A program made the position numbers and the translations under genes. Of a stretch of 25,932 nt of DNA, positions 17,219-25,932 are shown one piece after another; positions within the stretch are counted from its first letter, which is position 1, and each line of letters opens with the position of its first letter. Below the pieces are notes generated by a model. That model made no database searches. It was not told the origin of the DNA and saw only the letters and a list, made by a program, of their open reading frames with translations. Location of the stretch: positions 1 through 25,932 of IMG/VR virus record IMGVR_UViG_2563366854_000002; one strand, 5' to 3'. This stretch comes from a virus. Lineage: Duplodnaviria; Heunggongvirae; Uroviricota; Caudoviricetes.

Positions 17219-17869
17219 ATGAGCCTGAGTCCCGCACGGCAGCATCGCCTGCGCGTTCAGGCTGAACAGGCCGCCCGTGAGGGCGGCAGCGTTCGCCACG
17301 CGTCGGGCTATGACCTGATGCTGCTGCAACTGGCGGAAGACCGCCGCCGTCTCAAGGGCGTTCAGTCCACGGTCAAAAAAGCGGAAATCAAGGTGGAGCT
17401 GCTGCCGAAGTACGCCGCCTGGGCGGAGGGTGTCCTGGCTGCCGGAGGCGCTCAACAGGATGACGTGCTGATGTACGTGATGCTGTGGCGCATTGATGCC
17501 GGAGATTATGCCGGGGCGCTGGAGATAGGGCGTCATGCCCTGCGTCATGGCTGGGTGATGCCGCTGGGTAACCGCAACGTGCAGACCGTGCTGGCAGAGG
17601 AAATGGCAGACGCAGCCCAGAGTGCAATGCTTGCCGCCACCGGGTTTGATGCCGATCTGTTGCTGCAGACGCTGGAGCTGACAGACGGTCTGGATATGCC
17701 GGACCAGTCACGGGCGCGTCTGCATAAAGCGATTGGCGCTGTCCTGAGTGAAAGCAATCCGGCTTCCGCCCTTAATCATCTCAACCATGCGTTACAGCTC
17801 GATCCCCGCTGTGGCGTGAAAAAAGACAAACAGCAGCTGGAGCGCAGACTGCGCAATGACAGCCGCTGA
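17219..17869 (+). CDS. M: Terminase endonuclease (small) subunit, P2 gpM-like (216 aa)
   Basis: Position after N and P2 synteny. Confidence 0.85.
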   Translation: MSLSPARQHRLRVQAEQAAREGGSVRHASGYDLMLLQLAEDRRRLKGVQSTVKKAEIKVELLPKYAAWAEGVLAAGGAQQDDVLMYVMLWRIDAGDYAGALEIGRHALRHGWVMPLGNRNVQTVLAEEMADAAQSAMLAATGFDADLLLQTLELTDGLDMPDQSRARLHKAIGAVLSESNPASALNHLNHALQLDPRCGVKKDKQQLERRLRNDSR

Positions 17870-17964
17870 CAGAACGTGCCCCCGCGCACGGGCGGCACGG
17901 GGTGGCGAAAGGCACTACCACATCAAAACCCCGTCCACCGCCCTCTATTTCAGGAGAAAGCAGC

Positions 17965-18429
17965 ATGAAGTTTGTTGCGCCAGAACAGGCACCGGAACAG
18001 GCGGAAATCATCAGAAATACGCCGTTCTGGCCTGATGTGGACCTGTCGGAGTTTCGCAGTGTCATGCGCACTGACGGCACAGTGACGCAGCCGCGTTTAA
18101 AGCAGGTTGCGCTGTCGGCAATTTCGGAGGTCAACGCAGAGCTGTATGAGTTTCGCAGACGCCAGCAGATGCTGGGGTATGCCTCGCTGGCAGAAGTCCC
18201 GGCGGAACAACTGGACGGCAAAAGCGAGCGCATTCAGCACTATTTCAACGCGGTTTACTGCTGGGCACGCGCCATGCTCAACGAACGTTACCAGGACTAT
18301 GACGCCACGGCATCCGGTGCGAAGCGAGGCGAGGAACTGGCGGAAGCAAGCGGTGATTTATGGCGTGACGCCCGCTGGGCCATCAGCCGGGTGCAGGATG
18401 CGCCGCACTGCACAGTGGAGCTTATCTGA
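17965..18429 (+). CDS. L: Head completion/stabilisation protein (P2 gpL-like, 154 aa from ATG at 17965)
   Basis: AGGAG 8 nt upstream of the ATG at 17965; the longer track ORF begins in the intergenic region. Confidence 0.85.
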   Translation: MKFVAPEQAPEQAEIIRNTPFWPDVDLSEFRSVMRTDGTVTQPRLKQVALSAISEVNAELYEFRRRQQMLGYASLAEVPAEQLDGKSERIQHYFNAVYCWARAMLNERYQDYDATASGAKRGEELAEASGDLWRDARWAISRVQDAPHCTVELI

Positions 18430-18632
18430 TGAAAGTGCGTGCGCATCAGTATGACACGGTGGACGCACTTTGCTGGCGTCATTACGGGCGCACGCAGGGT
18501 GTCACGGAGCAGGTACTGAAGGCAAATCCGGGGCTTGCCGAATACGGCCCCTTTTTACCTCACGGGCTGCAGGTGGAGCTGCCGGACATTCCGACAACCA
18601 CCACCGTGCAGACCGTCCAGCTATGGGACTGA
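18429..18632 (+). CDS. X: Tail protein X (P2 gpX-like, 67 aa)
   Basis: Translation MKVRAHQYDTVDALCWRHYGRTQGVTEQVLKANPGLAEYGPFLPHGLQVELPD fits the gpX family. Confidence 0.85.
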   Translation: MKVRAHQYDTVDALCWRHYGRTQGVTEQVLKANPGLAEYGPFLPHGLQVELPDIPTTTTVQTVQLWD

Positions 18633-18635
18633 ATT

Positions 18636-18851
18636 ATGACGCTTGAGCGAATCAGCGCCTTTATCACGTATTGCATCGCCGTCGTGCTGGCCTGGCTGGG
18701 CGATTTGTCCATCAAGGATGCCTCAACGCTGGGCGGCCTGATGATTGGTGTGCTGATGCTGGCTATCAACTGGTACTACAAACACAAAGCCTACCAGCTT
18801 CTGCGCGACGGGCAGATCTCGCGGGAGGATTATGAATCCATCAATCGTTAA
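18636..18851 (+). CDS. Holin (71 aa, membrane)
   Basis: Small protein with hydrophobic helices and a charged C-terminus, immediately upstream of the endolysin. Confidence 0.75.
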   Translation: MTLERISAFITYCIAVVLAWLGDLSIKDASTLGGLMIGVLMLAINWYYKHKAYQLLRDGQISREDYESINR

Positions 18852-19347
18852 ACGTTGCCTTGTCGGGACCGTGCTGGCTATTGCTGCCACTCTGCCGGGT
18901 TTTCAGCAGCTTCACACCTCCGTAGAGGGGCTGAAACTGATTGCCGATTACGAAGGCTGTCGTCTGCAGCCGTATCAGTGCAGCGCGGGTGTCTGGACCG
19001 ACGGCATTGGTAATACATCGGGCGTCATTCCCGGCAAAACAATCACGGAACGACAGGCAGCAGAAGGGCTGATCTCCAACGTGCTGCGTGTGGAGCGGGC
19101 ACTGGAAAGGTGTGTAAAGCAACAGCCGCCACAGAAGGTGTATGACGCTACGGTGTCGTTTGCCTTCAACGTGGGGACGGGCAATGCCTGTAGTTCCACG
19201 CTGGTGAAATTGCTCAATCAGCGGCGCTGGGCGGATGCGTGCCGACAGTTGCCGCGCTGGGTTTATGTGAAAGGTGTTTTTAATCAGGGGCTGGATAACC
19301 GCCGTGCGCGGGAGATGGCCTGGTGCCTTAAAGGAGCTGGACTATGA
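18832..19347 (+). CDS. Endolysin, lysozyme type with an N-terminal signal-anchor-release (SAR)-like segment (171 aa)
   Basis: Hydrophobic N-terminus CLVGTVLAIAATLPG, then E-x8-C/D-x5-T spacing (YEGCRLQPYQCSAGVWTDGIGNT) typical of T4-type lysozymes. Confidence 0.8.
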   Translation: MNPSIVKRCLVGTVLAIAATLPGFQQLHTSVEGLKLIADYEGCRLQPYQCSAGVWTDGIGNTSGVIPGKTITERQAAEGLISNVLRVERALERCVKQQPPQKVYDATVSFAFNVGTGNACSSTLVKLLNQRRWADACRQLPRWVYVKGVFNQGLDNRRAREMAWCLKGAGL

Positions 19348-19772
19348 CACGTGCGCTGGCGGTAGTGGCGGCGCTGGCACTCGTTGCGCTGGGCTGGCAG
19401 TCGTGGTGGCTTAACAGCGCCAGCCACACCATCGAAACGCAGCGCGCGGCGCTGAAAAGTAAAGCGCACGAACTAACGAAGAAAAATAGTCAGCTGATCA
19501 GTCTGTCCATTCTGGCTGAAACCAACAATCGGGAGCAGGCGCGGCTCTACGCCGAAGCAGAACAGACCAGTGCGCTGCTGAGACAACGACAACACCGGAT
19601 CGAGGAACTGAAACGTGAGAACGAGGATTTACGCCGCTGGGCTGATACTCCTTTGCCTGCTGACATTATCCGGCTGCGGGAACGTCCGACACTCACCGGA
19701 GGTGCAGCTTACCGTCAGTGGTTGTCCGCGGGTGACGCCGTGTCGGCTGGATCAGGCAACGCCGCGCACTAA
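19344..19772 (+). CDS. lysB: Inner-membrane spanin (LysB/Rz-like, 142 aa)
   Basis: N-terminal TM segment plus coiled-coil-like remainder; AAGGAG upstream; follows the endolysin. Confidence 0.7.
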   Translation: MTRALAVVAALALVALGWQSWWLNSASHTIETQRAALKSKAHELTKKNSQLISLSILAETNNREQARLYAEAEQTSALLRQRQHRIEELKRENEDLRRWADTPLPADIIRLRERPTLTGGAAYRQWLSAGDAVSAGSGNAAH

Positions 19773-19905
19773 CGGTGATCTGAACGCGTTGCTGGATGAA
19801 ACGGAGGGCGCCTGGGCGGTCTGTGCAGACAAAGTGGACATGATTATTGCGTGTCAGGAGCGAAACAGTGAACAAACCACAATCCCTGCGCCACGCCCTC
19901 AATAA
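19615..19905 (+). CDS. lysC: Outer-membrane lipoprotein spanin (LysC/Rz1-like, 96 aa) in the +1 frame overlapping lysB
   Basis: GTG start with GAGGAA upstream; lipobox LTLSGC; Pro-rich mature part; embedded/overlapping arrangement typical of spanin pairs. Confidence 0.65.
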   Translation: MRTRIYAAGLILLCLLTLSGCGNVRHSPEVQLTVSGCPRVTPCRLDQATPRTNGDLNALLDETEGAWAVCADKVDMIIACQERNSEQTTIPAPRPQ

Positions 19906-20299
19906 AGCGGTGCCTTATGTCCGCAATAACCCGGACAAACTGCATCTGTTTGTGGATAACGGTTCGCTGGTTGCTACGGGGGCCAGCTCCATGTCATGGG
20001 AGTACCGTTACACCCTGAACGTGGTGATTGAGGATTTCAGCGGCGACCAGAATCTGCTGATGGCCCCGGTTTTGCTGTGGCTGCGGGATAACCAGCCCGA
20101 TGCCATCAATAACCCGGCGTTACGGGAAAAACTATTTACCTTTGAGGTGGATATTCTGCGCAACGATGTCTGTGATATCAGCCTTAACCTGCAACTGACG
20201 GAACGTGTGCTGGTCAGCACTGACGGCAGTGTGTCGAGCGTTGAAGCGGTAGCAGAACCCGATGAACCTGAAGAAATGTGGACGGTGAAACGTGGCTGA
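19868..20299 (+). CDS. R: Tail completion protein R (P2 gpR-like, 144 aa from GTG at 19868)
   Basis: AGGAG 7 nt upstream of the GTG; translation ...KPQSLRHALNKAVPYVRNNPDKLHLFVDNGSL... matches the gpR pattern. Confidence 0.85.
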   Translation: MNKPQSLRHALNKAVPYVRNNPDKLHLFVDNGSLVATGASSMSWEYRYTLNVVIEDFSGDQNLLMAPVLLWLRDNQPDAINNPALREKLFTFEVDILRNDVCDISLNLQLTERVLVSTDGSVSSVEAVAEPDEPEEMWTVKRG

Positions 20300-20738
20300 A
20301 CTGCAGAAGGTGGACGACTGGCTTAGTGCCTTACTGGCGAATCTGGAACCAGTCGCAAGAAGCCGCATGATGCGCCAGCTGGCGCAGGAACTGCGCCGGA
20401 CACAGCAGCAGAATATCAGGATGCAGCGCAATCCAGATGGCAGCAGTTATGAACCGCGCAAGGTCACGGCGCGCAGTAAAAAAGGCCGCATCAAACGTCA
20501 GATGTTTGCAAAGCTGCGCACCACCAAATACCTGAAAACTGCCGCCAGCGCCGATTCTGCCAGCGTGCAGTTTGAAGGTAAGGTGCAGCGCATTGCCCGC
20601 GTTCACCATTATGGCCTGCGCGATCGCGTCAGCCGCAAAGGACCGGAAGTGCGTTACGCAGAGCGTCGTTTGTTGGGTCTTAATGGTGAGTCTTACGTTC
20701 TAACTCTTGATATATTGAATAGATTCCTTCTGTCTTGA
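20292..20738 (+). CDS. S: Tail completion protein S (P2 gpS-like, 148 aa) with a replaced C-terminal ~18 aa encoded by AT-rich inserted DNA
   Basis: Conserved gpS body (..IARVHHYGLRDRVSRKGPEVRYAERRLLGL) then an unrelated tail NGESYVLTLDILNRFLLS where the GC content drops. Confidence 0.8.
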   Translation: MAELQKVDDWLSALLANLEPVARSRMMRQLAQELRRTQQQNIRMQRNPDGSSYEPRKVTARSKKGRIKRQMFAKLRTTKYLKTAASADSASVQFEGKVQRIARVHHYGLRDRVSRKGPEVRYAERRLLGLNGESYVLTLDILNRFLLS

Positions 20739-21486
20739 ATTCACCATATGCCCAATGAATTGCATTTTTTTGTTCAGTCAGAATATATTTCCTAACTTTT
20801 TTAGAATAGTGAATGGTCAGTATAAAACCCAAAGAAATCCATAATAGAATAAATATGGTTGTTGGGGCAAAGGAATAGATAAAGAATTTGTCTTTAACGA
20901 AATTCTTGACTTCTTCATCAATGTAAGCATTCCCTTCATCAGTGGTTAGTAGTTTACAAAGAATTTCTTTATGTTCGATAGTTAATGATTTGTACTTCTC
21001 TGTACTGGCAGAGGATGACTCTTCGCAATCATCCTTTGATATTTCCCAATCAGGAGTGGTTAATATTGTAGCTGCAGTCGCCAGTTTTTTTGACATATAA
21101 AATGATTCACCGGATTTTATCCAATAAAGCAATGTGCTATTTGGTGGGGTTCTAATGGCTTGGATGAAAACTGGACCAAAAATATAAATTGCACACAAAA
21201 AAAGAAGTGAAAAGAGAACCGTGATTGATTTTTCAGCCCATGTGATAGTAGGCAGCCTTTTTAATGATATTCGTATAAGAAAAAAATTCAATATAAACGC
21301 AGGTATTCCTGATTTTTTCAAAATTACATCATGAGATTTTCTATATTTGAATAGTGCTCTTATAACTATCGTCACCAAAGTTATAACAGCTCCAATAATG
21401 GAAATCCATGCGGCAAGTGCCGCTGCCGGGGTGTTTAAAAATTCAGCATTAAATATATTAGAACTTATTGGATTCATAACACTCAT
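20680..21486 (-). CDS. Polytopic membrane protein (268 aa), unknown function, in an AT-rich insert between S and V
   Basis: ATG at 21484-21486 with AGGTGGA upstream; several hydrophobic helices; 19 G+C in the 60 nt of line 21181; opposite strand to the flanking late genes. Confidence 0.65.
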   Translation of the reverse strand: MSVMNPISSNIFNAEFLNTPAAALAAWISIIGAVITLVTIVIRALFKYRKSHDVILKKSGIPAFILNFFLIRISLKRLPTITWAEKSITVLFSLLFLCAIYIFGPVFIQAIRTPPNSTLLYWIKSGESFYMSKKLATAATILTTPDWEISKDDCEESSSASTEKYKSLTIEHKEILCKLLTTDEGNAYIDEEVKNFVKDKFFIYSFAPTTIFILLWISLGFILTIHYSKKVRKYILTEQKNAIHWAYGEFKTEGIYSIYQELERKTHH

Positions 21487-21589
21487 TTATCCACCTATTG
21501 GTTGTTTTTTATCCTTTTATCAATTTGTACCATCGATACCACAATTTGCAAGAAGTTATAAACAAGTTTTCAGCTGTCATCATATATCT

Positions 21590-22768
21590 ATGAACGCACA
21601 ACTAACCGAAATCATGCGCCTTATCACCAATCTGATCCGCATAGGTGTAGTCACCGAAGTGGACCGGGAAAACTGGCTTTGTCGGGTGAAAACGGGCGAC
21701 CTTGAAACCAACTGGATTAACTGGCTGACGCTGCGCGCGGGTATCACCACTGTGCTGGACAACCGCCTGATGGGGCTTACGCTGACGGATAACCGGGGCT
21801 TTGAAGCGGACCAGCTTGATCTGGAGCTGGACGACGCTGACGGAAAAATCGTGCTGCCGCGCCGTGGTGCGGTCATTACGCTGGCGCTGGGCTGGAAGGG
21901 GCAGCCGCTTTTCCCGAAAGGGGCATTCACGGTGGACGAGATTGAACACACTGGCGCACCGGACCGCCTGACTATCCGGGCGCGAAGCGCTGATTTTCGG
22001 GAAACGCTGAATACCCGTCGTGAAAAATCGTGGCACAAGACCACGGTCGGGGAAGTGGTGAAGGAAATAGCTGCGCGTCACAAACTGAAGATGGCACTGG
22101 GTAAAGACCTGTCGGATAAACCCGTGGAGCATATAGACCAGACTAATGAGAGTGACGGCAGTTTTTTGATGCGGCTGGCGCGCCAGTACGGTGCCATTGC
22201 ATCGGTGAAAAATGGCAATCTGTTATTCATCCGGCAGGGACAGGGCAAAAGCGCCAGCGGTAAACCACTGCCGGTGATCACTATCATACGTAAGGACGGC
22301 GACAGTCACCGCTTTACCCTGGCAGATCGCGGAGCTTACACGGGGGTAATTGCCAGCTGGTTGCATACCCGCGAACCCGCGAAGAAAGAAAGCACTACGG
22401 TGAAGCGTAAGCGCAGGACTAAGAAGCAGAAGAAAGAGCCGGAAGCGAAGCAGGGCGATTACCTGGTGGGGACGGATGAAAACGTGCTGGTACTTAATCG
22501 CACTTATGCCAACCGGAGCAACGCCGAACGAGCGGCAAAAATGCAGTGGGAACGCCTGCAACGCGGCGTTGCGTCATTCTCGCTACAACTGGCGGAAGGG
22601 CGGGCAGATCTCTACACGGAAATGCCTGTGAAGGTCAGTGGTTTTAAACAGCCGATAGATGATGCGGAATGGACTATTACCACCCTGACGCATACTGTCA
22701 GCCCGGATAACGGTTTTACGACCAGTCTGGAGCTTGAAGTGAAGATTGATGATTTCGAAATGGAATGA
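21590..22768 (+). CDS. Chimeric in-frame ORF: N-terminal ~48 aa of baseplate spike V fused to late control/tail protein D (392 aa)
   Basis: The first ~48 aa (MNAQLTEIMRLITNLIRIGVVTEVDRENWLCRVKTGDLETNWINWLTLRAG) match the gpV N-terminus pattern; the rest (LTLTDNRGFEADQLDLELDD...FTTSLELEVKIDDFEME) matches gpD; no W, J, I, H, G, F, E, T or U genes are present. Confidence 0.8.
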   Translation: MNAQLTEIMRLITNLIRIGVVTEVDRENWLCRVKTGDLETNWINWLTLRAGITTVLDNRLMGLTLTDNRGFEADQLDLELDDADGKIVLPRRGAVITLALGWKGQPLFPKGAFTVDEIEHTGAPDRLTIRARSADFRETLNTRREKSWHKTTVGEVVKEIAARHKLKMALGKDLSDKPVEHIDQTNESDGSFLMRLARQYGAIASVKNGNLLFIRQGQGKSASGKPLPVITIIRKDGDSHRFTLADRGAYTGVIASWLHTREPAKKESTTVKRKRRTKKQKKEPEAKQGDYLVGTDENVLVLNRTYANRSNAERAAKMQWERLQRGVASFSLQLAEGRADLYTEMPVKVSGFKQPIDDAEWTITTLTHTVSPDNGFTTSLELEVKIDDFEME

Positions 22769-22858
22769 TTCTTCGCAATGGAGAACTTTTAAGTTTTCAA
22801 AATGGAATAATGCGGTATCATTATTGTGAATTTAGCAAAAATGGGGAGAACTCGAAAA

Positions 22859-23077
22859 ATGATGATTTGCCCACTGTGTGGAAGTGCCGCCCATACTCGC
22901 AGCAGTTTTCAGGTATCTTCATTGACCAAAGAGCGTTACAACCAGTGCCAGAACATTAACTGCAGCCATACTTTTGTTACCCATGAAACTTTTGTTCGTT
23001 CGATTGCAACGCCAAAAGAGTCAAATCCGGTTCAGCCGCATCCAATGAAATCAGGACAGGTGGCGCTCTCTCTTTGA
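22859..23077 (+). CDS. ogr: Ogr-type zinc-finger late-gene activator (72 aa)
   Basis: CPLCGSAAH...CQNINCSHTF four-Cys motif and length match P2 Ogr / K-12 OgrK; ATG at 22859. Confidence 0.85.
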   Translation: MMICPLCGSAAHTRSSFQVSSLTKERYNQCQNINCSHTFVTHETFVRSIATPKESNPVQPHPMKSGQVALSL

Positions 23078-23151
23078 CGCTGCCGCCAATTTGTCGCCAT
23101 CATTAAAAAACAGTGCTTCTAACATCATGATTTTGAATGGCATAAATTTCA

Positions 23152-23199
23152 GGCAACAAAAAACCCATCAACCTTGAACCGAAATGGCGGGGTTGATGG
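23152..23199 (-). terminator. Probable Rho-independent terminator of ybjL (10-bp stem cccatcaacc/ggttgatggg, T-run on the minus strand)
   Basis: Inverted repeat read directly; AAAAAA at 23155-23160 on the plus strand gives the U-tract for the minus-strand transcript. Confidence 0.6.
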
Positions 23200-23312
23200 G
23201 CTCCACAAAATGGGGACATCAAAGAAAAGCAGTGGCACTAATTAAGACTGATGCCCTGCGGAAAAGTTCTGCGGTTGTGCAAAAAAATTTCATTTTCAGG
23301 GCAACTTCAGTT

Positions 23313-24998
23313 TTATCCTAATCCTGGCCATACCATGACGATGATTGTCCCTGCCAGCGTCAGCAGGACGTTGGCGATTGCATAGGTGCCCGCATAGCCC
23401 AGCGCCGGGATGTTACTGCGAGCTGTATCACTGATGATCTCCATTGCCGGCGCGCAGGTACGTGCGCCCATCATTGCGCCGAACAACAGCGCGCGGTTCA
23501 TTCGCAATACATAAGCACCGAACAAGAAACAGATAACCACGGGCACCAGACTGACAATCAATCCGGCAATCAACATCTGACCGCCAATCGCGCCCAGGCC
23601 GTTATTAATACCGCTACCGGCGCTCAGACCAACGCCTGCCATAAACACCATCAAGCCGAACTCTTTCACCATGCTTAATGCACCCTGCGGAATGTAACCG
23701 AAGGTCGGGTGGTTAGCACGCATAAAGCCCAGCATAATTCCGGCGAATAACAACCCGGCAGCGTTCCCCATGCCGAAACTGAATGTGCTGAACTGGAAGG
23801 TGATCATCCCGATCATCAGCCCAATAACAAAGAAGGCGCAGAATGCCAGCAGGTCAGTGACCTGGCTGTGAATCGAGATAAAGCCGATGCGATCGGCGAT
23901 GGTTTTTACGCGGCGGGCATCGCCGCTGACTTGTAAAACGTCACCTTTGTTAAGCACGACGTTGTCATCTATCGGCATCTCAATCTGGCTACGAATGACG
24001 CGGTTAAGGAAGCAACCGTGATCGGTCAACTTCAGTTGTGCGAGACGTTTACCTACAGCGTTATGGTTTTTAACGACCACTTCTTCAGTGACGATACGCA
24101 TGTCGAGAAGGTCACGATCGAAAACTTCTTTACCGTTACGGAAGCTGGGATCGAGTCGGGCATGGGCGTCGGGATAGCCTACCAACGCTATTTCATCGCC
24201 CATTTGTAGCACGGCATCACCGTCTGGATTTGCCAGAATCCCGTTACGTCGAATACGTTCAATGTAGCAGCCGGTTTGTCGATAAATACCCAGTTCACGC
24301 AGATTTTTGCCGTCGGTCCAGGCCACCAGTTCCGGGCCGACGCGATAGGCGCGGATCACCGGTAAATAAACCTTACGGTTGGCATCAGTGTCCAGGCCAC
24401 GTTCGCGGGCGATTTGCTGGGCGCTGGTCTGTAAGTCCTGATGCTGCAATTTCGGCAAGTAACGCGCACCAACAATCAAACTCACCAGACCGATTAAATA
24501 GGTTAAGGCATACCCGAGGCTCAGATTATCCAGTGCCAGTGAGAGCTGCCTGCTTTCCATGCCGGAATGACGCAGTGTATCGCCAGCACCGACCAGAACC
24601 GGTGTCGACGTCATAGAGCCTGCTAACATACCGGCCGTCAGGCCAATATCCCAGCCAAACAGCTTACCTAACCCTAAGGCGATCACCAGCGCACTGCCAA
24701 CCATCACCAGTGCTAACATTAGGTAATTTTTCCCATCGCGAAAAAAAATGGAAAAAAAGTTCGGTCCGGCTTCGACCCCGACGCAGAAAATAAACAGCAT
24801 AAAGCCAAGATTAAGCGCATCGGTGTTAATGCTGAAATGTTGTTGGCCTAATAACAGCGATACGACTAAAACGCCAATGGAATTACCCAGTTGGATCGAA
24901 CCAAGTCGTAACTTTCCGAGACATAGCCCAAGCGCGAGGACCACAAATAATAACAGAATGTAATTCCCATTTAACAATTCGGCGACGTTTATATTCAC
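23313..24998 (-). CDS. ybjL: Putative transport protein YbjL (AAE-family membrane transporter with TrkA-C-like domains, 561 aa)
   Basis: Translation ([30 protein letters not shown]..., 561 aa) matches E. coli YbjL as I recall it; flanked by ybjM and grxA as in E. coli. Confidence 0.95.
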
Positions 24999-25267
24999 GG
25001 AGGCTAACTTCTTGTTTACTAGTAAGCTGTTGAAAGAAATGGTAATTTACGATAATGTTTTTTACCAGAATTCAGGGCGCAGATTCATTCAGCGCACCTA
25101 AACGATAGTAAAGCAACAATATATTTTACTAGTGTAATCACATTAGGTATCAACGGCTATATGAATTGCGTTGGCCTATATTAGCATGGAATGCGAAGCG
25201 GCTTTATCTTACTGAACGCCACACTGGCGAAAAATGTGTTCGATAGACGCAGTGTCAGGAGGAACGA

Positions 25268-25645
25268 GTGAAACATAAACAACGTTGGGCGGGGGCAATC
25301 TGCTGTTTTGTCCTCTTCATTGTGGTGTGCCTTTTTCTGGCGACGCACATGAAAGGCGCTTTTCGGGCTGCCGGGCATCCTGAAATCGGCTTGCTATTTT
25401 TCATTCTTCCTGGAGCAGTCGCCAGCTTCTTTTCACAGCGTAGAGAAGTCCTGAAACCTCTGTTTGGCGCAATGCTGGCGGCACCCTGTTCGATGCTCAT
25501 TATGCGGCTGTTTTTTTCACCGACGCGCTCATTCTGGCAAGAGCTGGCATGGTTACTAAGCGCGGTGTTCTGGTGTGCGCTGGGGGCACTGTGTTTCTTA
25601 TTTATCAGTAGTTTGTTTAAACCACAGCACAGAAAAAATCAGTAA
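25268..25645 (+). CDS. ybjM: Inner membrane protein YbjM (125 aa)
   Basis: GTG start with AGGAGG 5 nt upstream; 125-aa hydrophobic protein in the expected position between ybjL and grxA. Confidence 0.9.
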   Translation: MKHKQRWAGAICCFVLFIVVCLFLATHMKGAFRAAGHPEIGLLFFILPGAVASFFSQRREVLKPLFGAMLAAPCSMLIMRLFFSPTRSFWQELAWLLSAVFWCALGALCFLFISSLFKPQHRKNQ

Positions 25646-25668
25646 AGCCCTCAACGCGAGGGCTTGTC
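25645..25668. terminator. Hairpin aagccctc-aacgc-gagggctt between the convergent ybjM and grxA genes
   Basis: Read directly. Confidence 0.5.
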
Positions 25669-25674
25669 AGACGA

Positions 25675-25932
25675 TCAGGCGTCCAGATTTTCTTTCACCC
25701 ATGCAGCAAAATCGGTATAGCCGCCGATATGTTGCTGATCGACAAAAATCTGCGGCACGGTTTCTACGGGTTTACCTGCCTTTTGTTGTAGATCTTCTTT
25801 AGTGATCCCTTCCGCACGAATATCTACATACTGATACTGAAAATCATCGCGTTCATTGCTCAATTTCTCAGCCAGATCTTTTGCACGCACACAGTAAGGG
25901 CAACCCGAACGACCAAAAATAACGGTTTGCAT
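25675..25932 (-). CDS. grxA: Glutaredoxin 1 (85 aa); start codon is the last three bases of the window
   Basis: CPYC active-site motif (GRSGCPYCVRAKDLA) and full-length match to GrxA. Confidence 0.95.
   Translation of the reverse strand: MQTVIFGRSGCPYCVRAKDLAEKLSNERDDFQYQYVDIRAEGITKEDLQQKAGKPVETVPQIFVDQQHIGGYTDFAAWVKENLDA

Larger units (their letters stand above)
1..23077. mobile_element. P2/186-family prophage, partial in window (left att site outside window; right boundary between ogr and ybjL not resolved); tail genes W to U absent
   Basis: Conserved P2-type gene order int-cI-apl-cII...A...cos-Q-P-O-N-M-L-X-lysis-R-S-(V'-'D)-ogr, recognised from ORF translations; host genes ybjL/ybjM/grxA follow. 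Confidence 0.85.

Noticed and set aside
21347-21589. Upstream extension of the V'-'D ORF into the AT-rich insert (track start 21347)
   Set aside because: The extension overlaps the start of the minus-strand membrane-protein gene, and the gpV-like sequence begins at the ATG at 21590.
21580-22561. Minus-strand ORFs (154, 176, 69 and 112 aa) inside the V'-'D ORF
   Set aside because: Shadow ORFs within a gene whose translation matches the gpD family over its length.
22765-22959. 64-aa ORF overlapping the start of ogr, and the longer 83-aa version of ogr starting at 22826
   Set aside because: The Ogr family is ~72 aa starting MM(I/H)CPLC; the upstream extension and the overlapping frame have no support.
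1-25932. CRISPR arrays, rRNA, tRNA genes, IS elements
   Set aside because: I found no regularly spaced direct repeats, no tRNA-like cloverleaf candidates at the prophage junction, and no transposase-like ORFs or terminal inverted repeats in my read of the window; a tRNAscan or IS search was not run.

Overview
The window is almost entirely a P2/186-family prophage inserted beside host genes of E. coli type (ybjL, ybjM, grxA in the last ~2.8 kb). All calls come from reading the sequence and the ORF translations; no database search or structure prediction was run, and family names rest on recalled motifs and gene order. Layout, left to right: tyrosine integrase (stop codon at positions 1-3), a small Cys-rich secreted peptide gene and a 186-type CI repressor on the minus strand; then a rightward early operon (Apl/Cox-like, CII, four small hypotheticals, TraR/DksA zinc finger, Dam-type methyltransferase, replication initiator A); a LexA-box-controlled tum/dinI-like locus; an AT-rich cargo island straddling the cos site; then portal Q, terminase P, scaffold O, capsid N, terminase M, L, X, holin, endolysin, spanins, R and S; a second AT-rich insert with a 268-aa membrane protein; an in-frame V'-'D chimeric ORF; and ogr. 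The V'-'D fusion implies all tail genes between V and D are deleted, so the prophage looks tail-less and defective. The best candidate for an undescribed system is the tightly coupled three-gene operon at 8177-10927, with the neighbouring two-gene module at 11233-12345 second; I could not assign any of these five proteins to a known family by eye. The cargo is about 30-37% GC in the 60-nt lines I counted, against about 52% in a line of gene A.
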